Shown piece by piece: positions 17,223-24,793 of a stretch of 57,913 bases of DNA (its first letter is position 1; the number at the start of each line of letters is the position of its first letter). Under the pieces are notes generated by a model. It worked only from the letters and a program-made list of their open reading frames with translations, ran no database searches and was not told where the DNA came from. The stretch is from Eubacteriales bacterium (lineage in GTDB: Bacteria; Bacillota; Clostridia; Oscillospirales; CAG-272), in the NCBI GenBank assembly GCA_045591885.1, contig JAZNTT010000047.1:1-57913 (forward strand), given 5' to 3'. The position numbers and the translations under genes are program-made.

Positions 17223-20200
17223 ATGAAAATGAAAACTTATAAGAAATTTTTATCGGCTGTTATGGCCTTCTGTATGTTGCTTGGTACGCTTTCCGTTATC
17301 TTGGCGCTTCCTGCATTTGCCGCCGAGGAAACCGAAACCCCGCAAGAACCGATAAACGCTGTCGACTTTTTCACTTATGAATTTAATACAAAAGAGGAAA
17401 AGGTCGCATCGATGGACCTTATGGCAGAGCGCTATGAATATAAGCTCTACGCCGAGCCGCTGACAGGCGAGGTCGCAATCGTTAATACGAAAACAGGCGA
17501 TATACTTATGACAAACCCCTACGGTGTCGGTTCACTTAAAGCTGCCGATGCCGTAAAGAAAAACCTGCTTTCGCAGGTCATAATCAACTATCAGAGTGTT
17601 GACGGATTGATTGAAGCCAGCAACATGAGCAGCTTCGAAAGTGCTGCCGAGCTCAAGCAGATAAAGGTAAAGCCGATCAAAAACGGTACCCGTGTTGAGT
17701 ATGTAATCGGTAAGCAGGAAACACGTTATCTCTTCCCCGAGCAGATCGAGAAGAGCCGTTTCGAAGAAGAGCTGCTCGGCAAGATCCCGTACGATCCCAA
17801 TACCTATGATTCAAAAACCGCTACCTACGAGGAAAAACAGGCGCGTCTTCACTACAATAAGCTGAAGGCATCCTACGTTCTCAAGGACCCGACCGATGAA
17901 AGCGTTCCGGAATCCGTTCGTGTCGGTATGCTCACACAGTATCCGGTTCTTGACAAAACCTCCGATGTCGGTAAGAACAGCCCGGTTAAGGCACTTTATG
18001 TGTTTGATACGAAGGCAAATGTGAAGCTCAAGAACGAGATTGAGTATATCATCAAGCTGTACTGCCCGAACTACACCTATGAGGATAAGCAGTACGACCA
18101 TGATCTTTGCGCTTATGAGGAAAAGAGACAGAACCCCGTTCAGTTCAGAATTGCTCTTGAGTATTATATTGACGATACCGGTCTCCGCGTAAGAATACCC
18201 GCTAACGGTATCCGTTACGATCAGAGCACCTATCAGCTCAATAAGTTGACCTGTCTTCCTTACATGGGAGCGGCTGACTCTAACTTCACCGGCTATACGA
18301 TGTTCCCCGACGGATCCGGCACTCTTACCAGATTCGAGGATATAAAAGCGGGAGGACAGTCCTTTACTCTTTATGCAACTCCCTACGGACAGGACCACGT
18401 ATACAGAAACACGAAGCAGATACCGAAGAATATGATGCCGACTCGTATGCCGGTATTCGGTATGGTTGAGGATACTCAGTATACTACTACCGACGAAGCA
18501 AGCGGTGAAAGCTCGACTTACGTTCGCAAGAGCGGCTACTTCGCTATAATCGAAGAGGGCGAAGCGCTTGCGAAAATATGTGCGACCCACGGCGAAAAGG
18601 GACATCACTATTACGCTACCGCGATAGAGTTTGAGCCGCGTCAGAAGGATAGCTTCTCGCTCAGCTCGATCGTATCGGTCGGCGGAAGCGGAAACTTCGT
18701 AGGTGTTCTTGACCGCAGATACACCGGTAACTTTACGATTCGTTACATAATGCTTTCTGACCTTGAGTACGGTCAGAATCATGGAATTGATATGACGGGC
18801 TGCTTCGATACAAGCTATCTCGGAATGGCACATGCGTACCGCTCCAGACTTGTGACGACGGGCGCTCTCATTGACGAGAAGCTCGAGGAAGGCGATATCC
18901 CGCTCTACCTCGAAGCTCTCGGCGCAATGAGCGTTCAGGAAAAGTTCCTTTCGATCCCGGTAACCGTCAAGAAGGCGCTTACCACGTTCAACGACGTTAA
19001 GAAAATCCACGCAGAGCTTGGCGAATCGGGCATAACAAACATTGTTTTCAAGCTCACGGGATTTATGAACGGCGGTCTTAAGGGCACGCTTGCCAATCAG
19101 ATCGACGTTGAAAAGGTCGTAGGCGGAAATTCGGGCTTGAAGAAGCTCCAGAAGTATGCAAACGAAAAGAGCTTCGAGATATATCTCGACGCAGACTTCT
19201 CGTATACCTATAAGGACACTCTCTTCGACGGCTTTAACCGCCGCAAGGATGCGCTCCGCGCAATAGATGACCGCTTCGTTCAGAAGCAACAGTATGATGC
19301 AGTCCTTCAGAAGTTCACAAGCACGGGCTTGCTCGTAATTGCTCCCTCTTCGTTTGAGAGCATCTTCAATAAGCTCCATAAGGATGCTAAGAAGCTCAAG
19401 CTTGAGGGCCTCGCTCTGGGCGCTCTAGGTTCCGACCTTTCCTCCGACTTTAACGAGGATGAGCCGTACAACCGCGAGGACTCAAAGCAGCAGGTGCTCG
19501 ACACTCTTGACAAGGTTCGTAAGGCAGGCTACGATCTTATGATAGACGGAGGTAACGCTTACGCGGTTTCTTACGCGAAGCATATCCTTAATATCCCGCT
19601 CGTATCCTCTCGCCGTGCGCAGGCATCGGAGGCGATCCCCTTCTTTGCTCTCGTTTACCACGGATATATCAATTATGCAGGTTCGCCGACCAATATGGCG
19701 GGTGACATGCGTTACGAGACACTTAAGATTCTTGAAAACGGTGCAAACCCCTACTTCATTCTCGTTTACCGCAACTTCGAGAAGCTGAAGGAGGATAAGG
19801 ATCTTTCCAAGTACTTCTCCATCTCCTACCAGAACTGGAAGGAAGACCTTATTGAGACCTATACGGCTATTAACAAGGCGCTTTCTCCCGTAAGAAGCTC
19901 GACAATCGTCGGTCACGGCTTCCTTACCGGTATGAGAATGCCGACCGCAGAGGAGCTTGAGGCTGACCTTCTCGAAAAGGAGCAGGCAGACAAAGAGCAG
20001 GCGGATAAGGAACAGGCAGAGAAGGATGATGCCGAAAGAGAAGAACAGCTCAAGGATCATCTCGGAAATAACTATATACCTAACGATACCGAAACGGAAA
20101 AGCCTGAGATTGCCGCTCCGACCGAAACCGTTTCCAAGTATCTGGTTGACAACGGAATGATAGTTAAAGTAACGTTTGAGAACGGCTATAGCTTCATTCT

Positions 20201-20327
20201 TAACTACAACTATTTCGACGTAACCGTTGAAGAACTCGGAGATACCGTTATTTCGGCTCTCGGATACGTTGTGCTTAACGCAAACGGCGAAATAGTAGTC
20301 AACAGCGGAGAGGAGGCGGCAGCATGA
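17223..20327 (+). CDS. Large secreted protein of unknown function (DUF5696-like by recollection)
   Basis: Signal peptide ...ILALPAFAAEE. I recognise no catalytic motif with certainty. The FPDGSG and LDADFSY stretches resemble DUF5696 proteins that co-occur with Yip1-family genes. The alternative start at 17229 has better RBS spacing. The stop overlaps the next gene's ATG. Confidence 0.65.
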   Translation: MKMKTYKKFLSAVMAFCMLLGTLSVILALPAFAAEETETPQEPINAVDFFTYEFNTKEEKVASMDLMAERYEYKLYAEPLTGEVAIVNTKTGDILMTNPYGVGSLKAADAVKKNLLSQVIINYQSVDGLIEASNMSSFESAAELKQIKVKPIKNGTRVEYVIGKQETRYLFPEQIEKSRFEEELLGKIPYDPNTYDSKTATYEEKQARLHYNKLKASYVLKDPTDESVPESVRVGMLTQYPVLDKTSDVGKNSPVKALYVFDTKANVKLKNEIEYIIKLYCPNYTYEDKQYDHDLCAYEEKRQNPVQFRIALEYYIDDTGLRVRIPANGIRYDQSTYQLNKLTCLPYMGAADSNFTGYTMFPDGSGTLTRFEDIKAGGQSFTLYATPYGQDHVYRNTKQIPKNMMPTRMPVFGMVEDTQYTTTDEASGESSTYVRKSGYFAIIEEGEALAKICATHGEKGHHYYATAIEFEPRQKDSFSLSSIVSVGGSGNFVGVLDRRYTGNFTIRYIMLSDLEYGQNHGIDMTGCFDTSYLGMAHAYRSRLVTTGALIDEKLEEGDIPLYLEALGAMSVQEKFLSIPVTVKKALTTFNDVKKIHAELGESGITNIVFKLTGFMNGGLKGTLANQIDVEKVVGGNSGLKKLQKYANEKSFEIYLDADFSYTYKDTLFDGFNRRKDALRAIDDRFVQKQQYDAVLQKFTSTGLLVIAPSSFESIFNKLHKDAKKLKLEGLALGALGSDLSSDFNEDEPYNREDSKQQVLDTLDKVRKAGYDLMIDGGNAYAVSYAKHILNIPLVSSRRAQASEAIPFFALVYHGYINYAGSPTNMAGDMRYETLKILENGANPYFILVYRNFEKLKEDKDLSKYFSISYQNWKEDLIETYTAINKALSPVRSSTIVGHGFLTGMRMPTAEELEADLLEKEQADKEQADKEQAEKDDAEREEQLKDHLGNNYIPNDTETEKPEIAAPTETVSKYLVDNGMIVKVTFENGYSFILNYNYFDVTVEELGDTVISALGYVVLNANGEIVVNSGEEAAA
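19977..20021 (+). repeat. Three tandem 15-nt coding repeats, (K-E-Q-A-D/E)x3
   Basis: aaggagcaggcagac / aaagagcaggcggat / aaggaacaggcagag. They encode EKEQADKEQADKEQAEK in an acidic linker near the C-terminus of the 17223-20327 product. Confidence 0.7.
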
Positions 20328-21316
20328 CGGCGGTAAAAAAGAAAAAAAGCGTCAAGAAACGCAAGAAGATAGTCTCGCTTGATAAGAAAAAGGCAAGATC
20401 CGGCTGGCTGTTCGTTCTTCCCTTTATTATCGGAATTATCCTTATATATCTTCCGATAGTTGTTGATTCTATCACATACAGCTTCACGAAAATAGTACCG
20501 ATTCCTATGTCCAAGGGCGGCGGATACCGTCTCGAGTCTGTCGGTTTTGAGCATTACTACAAGGCGCTGACAGAGGATCCGAAATTCACCGAGGTGCTTA
20601 TCTCGGGCGTTAAGGACCTCGTGTTTGATATTCCCGCGATAGTAATCTTCTCGCTCTTTGTAGCGGTACTTCTTAACAAGAAGATCCTCGGACGCGCAGC
20701 GTTCCGTGCGATATTCTTCATTCCTGTCATTCTTTCGACAGGACTTATAAACGAGATAACGGGCCTTGCTTCGGCAGGTCAGGAATACATGGGACAGACC
20801 GGCACCGTTGACGATGGATCAGGCTCATCCTCGGCAGACGGAATTTCGCAAATAGTATCTGTAACCGATTTCAGATGGCTATTCCAGAATATGCAGGTTG
20901 GTAACGGACTTATCAAGTATGTAACGGGCATTGTAAACGATATCTATAACATCATCAACCGCTCCGGTGTACAGATGCTTATTTTCCTTGCCGGACTTCA
21001 GTCTATCTCCCCCGCGATATACGAGTCCTGCTCGATAGACGGCGCGACGGGATGGGAAACCTTCTGGAAGATAACGTTCCCGATGATAAGCCCGATGATC
21101 CTCGTAAACGCGATCTACACGGTTATTGACTCCTTTACGTCGAGCGATAGCCAGATAATGTCGTACATCAGCGAAAAGGCGACGGACATCATGGGAGGCG
21201 GCGGACGAGAGATCGCTACCGCAATGTCGTGGCTCTACTTCCTCATAGTTATTGGAATAATTGCTTTGGTAGCGGCTGTTCTTTCGGCTTATATCTTCTA
21301 CCAGAGACGTGATTAA
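20324..21316 (+). CDS. Sugar ABC transporter permease (MalF type), second pair
   Basis: ATGA overlap with the upstream gene. Lys-rich N-terminus, then TM segments. EAA loop AIYESCSIDGATGWETFWKITFPMI. Confidence 0.9.
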   Translation: MTAVKKKKSVKKRKKIVSLDKKKARSGWLFVLPFIIGIILIYLPIVVDSITYSFTKIVPIPMSKGGGYRLESVGFEHYYKALTEDPKFTEVLISGVKDLVFDIPAIVIFSLFVAVLLNKKILGRAAFRAIFFIPVILSTGLINEITGLASAGQEYMGQTGTVDDGSGSSSADGISQIVSVTDFRWLFQNMQVGNGLIKYVTGIVNDIYNIINRSGVQMLIFLAGLQSISPAIYESCSIDGATGWETFWKITFPMISPMILVNAIYTVIDSFTSSDSQIMSYISEKATDIMGGGGREIATAMSWLYFLIVIGIIALVAAVLSAYIFYQRRD

Positions 21317-21329
21317 GGAGGGGACTGTT

Positions 21330-22373
21330 ATGAATAATGCTAAAACAAACTCTCCGGAGATCAAGAGAGAATCCAAAAACAAGATAAGAGTAGATTTTGA
21401 GAGAACGAGCTGGTGGACCCGTTTCCGCCTTCGTTTCCTTACGGGAACCGCGGTTGCTAAGGGTCTTGCATGGCTGTTCAGATTCCTTCTTCTCCTCGGA
21501 ATCTCCTACGTAATTCTCTTCCCGTTCTATACGAAGATCGCTTCGTCTTTCATGGGACGTAACGACTTTATCGACGTAACGGTAAAGCTTATTCCGAAGA
21601 GACCCACGCTTGATACCTATAAGGCGGTAATCGAGCATCAGGAGTATTTTGACGGACTGGTGGGAACGGCTACGCTGTCGCTTATCTGTGCAGTCCTTCA
21701 GACTTTGATTTGCGCAATAATCGGTTACGGCTTTGCAAAGTATAAGTTCAAGGGCAGAAAGCTTCTTTTCGCGCTCGTTGTATTTACGATGGTCATTCCT
21801 CACGAGACGCTTCGTACGTCGATGTTCATGAAGTTCCAGAATTTCGATATAGGAATGGGTAACTTTGGCATTCTGAAAATGCTGGGTATCGAGCCAATGG
21901 ATATGACCGAAAGCTATATACCGATGATTATGCTTTCTGCAACGGGACTTGCGTTTAAGAACGGACTCTTCATATTTATGATGAGACAGTTCTTCTCGGG
22001 CGTGCCCGATGAGCTTGAGGAGTCGGCGTATATTGACGGCTACGGCCCGTTCAAGACGTTCTTTAAGATCATCATTCCGATTTCGATTCCGATGCTTATA
22101 ACGATATTCCTCTTCTCGTTTGCATGGCAGTGGACAGATAACTTCTACGTTACTCTCTTTAACCTGCAGCAGAACGATAACATTTTCCTTCTTAACGATA
22201 TAAAGGGTGTTCCTGCAGTACTGAAGGTAAAGGATTATCCGGGTGAAGCACTCTTCACCTCTGCGGTTTACAGTACCGAAGCAATTCTCGTAATGCTTCC
22301 TCTCGTTGTACTCTACCTCTTCTGCCAGAAGTACCTCGTTCAGGGTATCGAACGCTCCGGTATCGTCGGCTAA
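21330..22373 (+). CDS. Carbohydrate ABC transporter permease (MalG type), second pair
   Basis: The start at 21330 follows RBS AAGGAGGGG. EAA loop ELEESAYIDGYGPFKTFFKIIIPIS. Confidence 0.9.
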   Translation: MNNAKTNSPEIKRESKNKIRVDFERTSWWTRFRLRFLTGTAVAKGLAWLFRFLLLLGISYVILFPFYTKIASSFMGRNDFIDVTVKLIPKRPTLDTYKAVIEHQEYFDGLVGTATLSLICAVLQTLICAIIGYGFAKYKFKGRKLLFALVVFTMVIPHETLRTSMFMKFQNFDIGMGNFGILKMLGIEPMDMTESYIPMIMLSATGLAFKNGLFIFMMRQFFSGVPDELEESAYIDGYGPFKTFFKIIIPISIPMLITIFLFSFAWQWTDNFYVTLFNLQQNDNIFLLNDIKGVPAVLKVKDYPGEALFTSAVYSTEAILVMLPLVVLYLFCQKYLVQGIERSGIVG

Positions 22374-22383
22374 CAAAAAAGAA

Positions 22384-22416
22384 AATCGCTCGTATGGCTT
22401 CATACGAGCGATTTTT
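22384..22416 (+). terminator. Rho-independent terminator of the ABC locus
   Basis: AATCGCTCGTATG-gctt-CATACGAGCGATT followed by TTTT. Confidence 0.85.
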
Positions 22417-22425
22417 AATAAGAAG

Positions 22426-22451
22426 AAAAAACACCCGAAAGGGTGTTTTTT
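22426..22451. terminator. Bidirectional terminator hairpin
   Basis: AAAAAACACCC-gaaa-GGGTGTTTTTT, with A-run and T-run flanks on both sides. Confidence 0.75.
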
Positions 22452-22454
22452 CTA

Positions 22455-22481
22455 TGGTGCGGGTAGCAGGGGTCAAGAACC
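22455..22481 (-). repeat. Orphan copy of the tRNA-Leu 3' end (acceptor 3' strand plus part of the T-arm)
   Basis: tggtgcgggtagcaggggtc (22455-22474) is identical to 22619-22638. Similarity continues (..aaGAACC versus ..GAACC) after a 2-nt indel. There is no matching 5' half. Confidence 0.75.
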
Positions 22482-22581
22482 GGCTTTTCGGGGAATGATA
22501 GTATGATTTTGTCCGTTTCCGTGCGAAAAGCTGTCTTTCGCCAAGGCGAAAGAGAGAACCGACCGTGGTAACTCTCATGAT

Positions 22582-22617
22582 GATTAAAAGAGGAGGCGAA
22601 TGCCTCCTCTTTTAATC
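22582..22617 (-). terminator. Hairpin terminator directly after tRNA-Leu
   Basis: GATTAAAAGAGGAGGC-gaat-GCCTCCTCTTTTAATC, a 16-bp perfect stem. Confidence 0.6.
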
Positions 22618-22618
22618 A

Positions 22619-22705
22619 TGGTGCGGGTAGCAGGGGTCGAACCTGTATGACCGTGAAGTCACTAGAACCTGAATCTAGCGCGTCTGCCAATTCCGCCATA
22701 CCCGC
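22619..22705 (-). tRNA. tRNA-Leu (anticodon CAG), long variable arm, CCA encoded
   Basis: The reverse strand reads GCGGGTATGGCGGAATTGGCAGACGCGCTAGATTCAGGTTCTAGTGACTTCACGGTCATACAGGTTCGACCCCTGCTACCCGCACCA. It has a 7-bp acceptor stem, an anticodon stem CTAGA/TCTAG with loop TTCAGGT, a variable-arm stem GAC/GTC, and a GGTTCGA T-loop. Confidence 0.9.
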
Positions 22706-22778
22706 ATATTAAATTGTAGATTATAATATACGGGTTTCCGCGAAGCTCCCATGCTTGGCAGCCGCGCGCGTGTCTGCA

Positions 22779-22837
22779 GTAGAAAAGCAAGCTTTTCTAC
22801 GTTAAGAATGCTACGCATTCTTCCCGACCTACGGTCG
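22779..22837. other. Three consecutive perfect hairpins in the tRNA-Leu upstream intergenic region
   Basis: GTAGAAAAG-caag-CTTTTCTAC (22779-22800), AAGAATGC-tac-GCATTCTT (22804-22822) and CGACC-tac-GGTCG (22825-37). None has a T-run. Confidence 0.5.
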
Positions 22838-22958
22838 ATTCCGCTATACTCGCATATAAAATCATACAACGCAAAATATTATATCATTTGAACGCAAATT
22901 TGTCAAGAGCAGAAAAGAAGTTTTAATTCGTTCAAAGATAGCTCGTAAAAAAGAAATA

Positions 22959-23035
22959 TTTTCCCCTTGGTGCAATTTCTTTTGGATAGGTTCGCGAAGC
23001 AAAACTACCCGATCATTTGCACGAGCAAAGAAAGG
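22959..23035. repeat. Intergenic repeat motif shared with 40801-40858
   Basis: TTCCCCTTGG..TTTCTTTTGGA...TTTGCACGAGCAAAGAAA recurs at 40801-40858 in the same order and orientation, with ~30 extra nt here. Confidence 0.5.
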
Positions 23036-23118
23036 CGAAACAACCACTGCCCGCACCCTATGAAACCATGTCAACAGCACTGCTTTTTTATTTTTTATGT
23101 ACAATTTTGAATTTTTTC

Positions 23119-23152
23119 TTGCACTTTTCTTGTGAATATGTTACTATATAAT
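23119..23152 (+). promoter_or_regulatory. Candidate promoter of the GPH-GH2 operon
   Basis: TTGCAC (23119-23124), a 17-nt spacer, then TACTAT (23142-23147), overlapping TATAAT (23147-23152). Confidence 0.4.
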
Positions 23153-23199
23153 TAACCTTTGATCATACTATTATTACAATAATAAAAGGGAGATTATTT

Positions 23200-24792
23200 A
23201 TGAAAAAGGAAAAACAGCTTGACTCAAACGGTCAGCGAAAATTCGGCATACGAGACAAGCTCGCTTATGCGGCGGGAGATCTCGGCTGTAACATGAGCTT
23301 CTCGCTCAAAAACACGGTTCAGACATTCTGGCTCGTGTATATGATGCTCGAAACAGGGCTTCTTTCGATACTCCTTCTTCTCGTTCAGATCTGGGATGCG
23401 GTAAATGACCCGATGATTGGAACTCTTATCGACAACGACAGAAGAAAATACAAAATGGGCAAATTCAAGACCTATATTCTCATAGGTGCTTGCGGTCTGC
23501 TTGTCGGCGGAGCGGCAGTATTTCTTCCGTTCCCGGGCGCTCCGAAGGTTCTCAAAGCGATCCTTTTCGTGCTCGGATATATCGTATGGGACGCATTCTA
23601 TACGATTGCAAACGTGCCATACGGCTCAATGCTCTCGATCGTTACCGAGGATGTCGGTGAACGCGCACAGCTTTCGACGTGGCGCTCTATCGGCTCTATG
23701 ATCGGTAATATTCTCCCGAGCACTATTCTGCCTTTCCTTATTTGGCGTAAGGTCAAATTCGACGGCACGACCGACTTCCTCAGCAAAATCGAGATCCCGA
23801 AGGACGCGGCGGACAAATTCAGCCCCGATAATATTATTATCAATCCCCTAACGAAAAAGCCTTATGAAATAGGCGACGAAGTATTAAGCCCCCTTACGGG
23901 TAAGCCTCTTGAGGTTCTGCTTGGCGACAGAGTATTCTGGGCGGCGCTCATTATGGGAATCATCGGCTTCCTCGCGTTCATATTCATGATAAAGAATATA
24001 ACTGTCCGCGTTGACGAAAACACCGTCAAAACGAATGAAAAAACCGAAAAGTTCAACATCATAAAGGCATTCGGTAAGTTTATGAAAAACCGTCCCGCAG
24101 TCGGTGCGACGTTGGCGGCAATGGGTATGTTCCTCGGCATGAACGCGGCGGCAACCGCTACGACGATCATGTTCGCGACCTACTTCAATATGGCATCGCT
24201 TTCGGGGCTTGTACAGATGATAGGCTTCCTGCCGATGTTCTTCTTTATGCCGTTCATCACGAAGATCGTTAAGAAATACGGTAAAAAGGAAGCGTCGGTC
24301 GTCGGCACCGCGATATCGCTTGTCGGCGGCGTTATAATGCTCATCTTCCCGATGATAAGTAACGTAAAGACCTCGCTTGTCGTATATCTGCTCGGACTTG
24401 TTATCTACGGTATCGGTATGGGCTTCTACACCTGCGTATCGTGGGCAATGATGGGCGACGCTATCGACTATAACGAATGGAAATTCGGCACCCGTGAAGA
24501 AGGAACGGTATATTCGCTCCACTCCTTCTTCCGTAAGCTCGCACAGGGAATCGGCCCGTCTATGGTTCTTCTTCTTATGGGCTGGCTCGGATACAAGGCG
24601 AAGTACGGCACTATCGGACAGTCGGCGGCAACCTCGCACAATATGTGCTGGCTCGTAGCGGGACTTTATATGTTCAGCGCAGTGCTTCAGTTTATCGGCA
24701 TCGCGGTTATATATAACCTCGACAAGAAAACTCTCGATAAGATGAATACAGAGCTTGCAGAAAGAAAGGCAGAGGCAGAACAAGGAGAATAA
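23200..24792 (+). CDS. Glycoside-pentoside-hexuronide (GPH):cation symporter family MFS transporter
   Basis: KLAYAAGDLGCNMSF...IWDAVNDPMIGTLID is the GPH signature region. It has 12 TM-like segments and an enlarged central loop. Confidence 0.85.
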   Translation: MKKEKQLDSNGQRKFGIRDKLAYAAGDLGCNMSFSLKNTVQTFWLVYMMLETGLLSILLLLVQIWDAVNDPMIGTLIDNDRRKYKMGKFKTYILIGACGLLVGGAAVFLPFPGAPKVLKAILFVLGYIVWDAFYTIANVPYGSMLSIVTEDVGERAQLSTWRSIGSMIGNILPSTILPFLIWRKVKFDGTTDFLSKIEIPKDAADKFSPDNIIINPLTKKPYEIGDEVLSPLTGKPLEVLLGDRVFWAALIMGIIGFLAFIFMIKNITVRVDENTVKTNEKTEKFNIIKAFGKFMKNRPAVGATLAAMGMFLGMNAAATATTIMFATYFNMASLSGLVQMIGFLPMFFFMPFITKIVKKYGKKEASVVGTAISLVGGVIMLIFPMISNVKTSLVVYLLGLVIYGIGMGFYTCVSWAMMGDAIDYNEWKFGTREEGTVYSLHSFFRKLAQGIGPSMVLLLMGWLGYKAKYGTIGQSAATSHNMCWLVAGLYMFSAVLQFIGIAVIYNLDKKTLDKMNTELAERKAEAEQGE

Positions 24793-24793
24793 A

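Noticed and set aside
9356-22474. Hypothesis that the 12-kb ABC locus is an island integrated at tRNA-Leu, with the orphan tRNA fragment as one att site
   Set aside because: The geometry is wrong. The orphan copy lies between the locus and the tRNA, so the two repeats bracket only ~145 bp. I found no third copy of the 21-mer in the 9356-10126 spacer, and there is no integrase.
22255-22578. 107-aa minus-strand ORF, and the 22306-22506 plus-strand ORF, across the permease 3' end, the terminators and the tRNA fragment
   Set aside because: They run through two terminator hairpins and the orphan tRNA 3' fragment, and have no RBS or motif.
22675-23104. ORFs 22675-22869 and 22862-23104 (minus strand) in the tRNA-Leu upstream spacer
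   Set aside because: The first overlaps the tRNA gene itself. Both traverse hairpin and repeat sequence and have no protein features.
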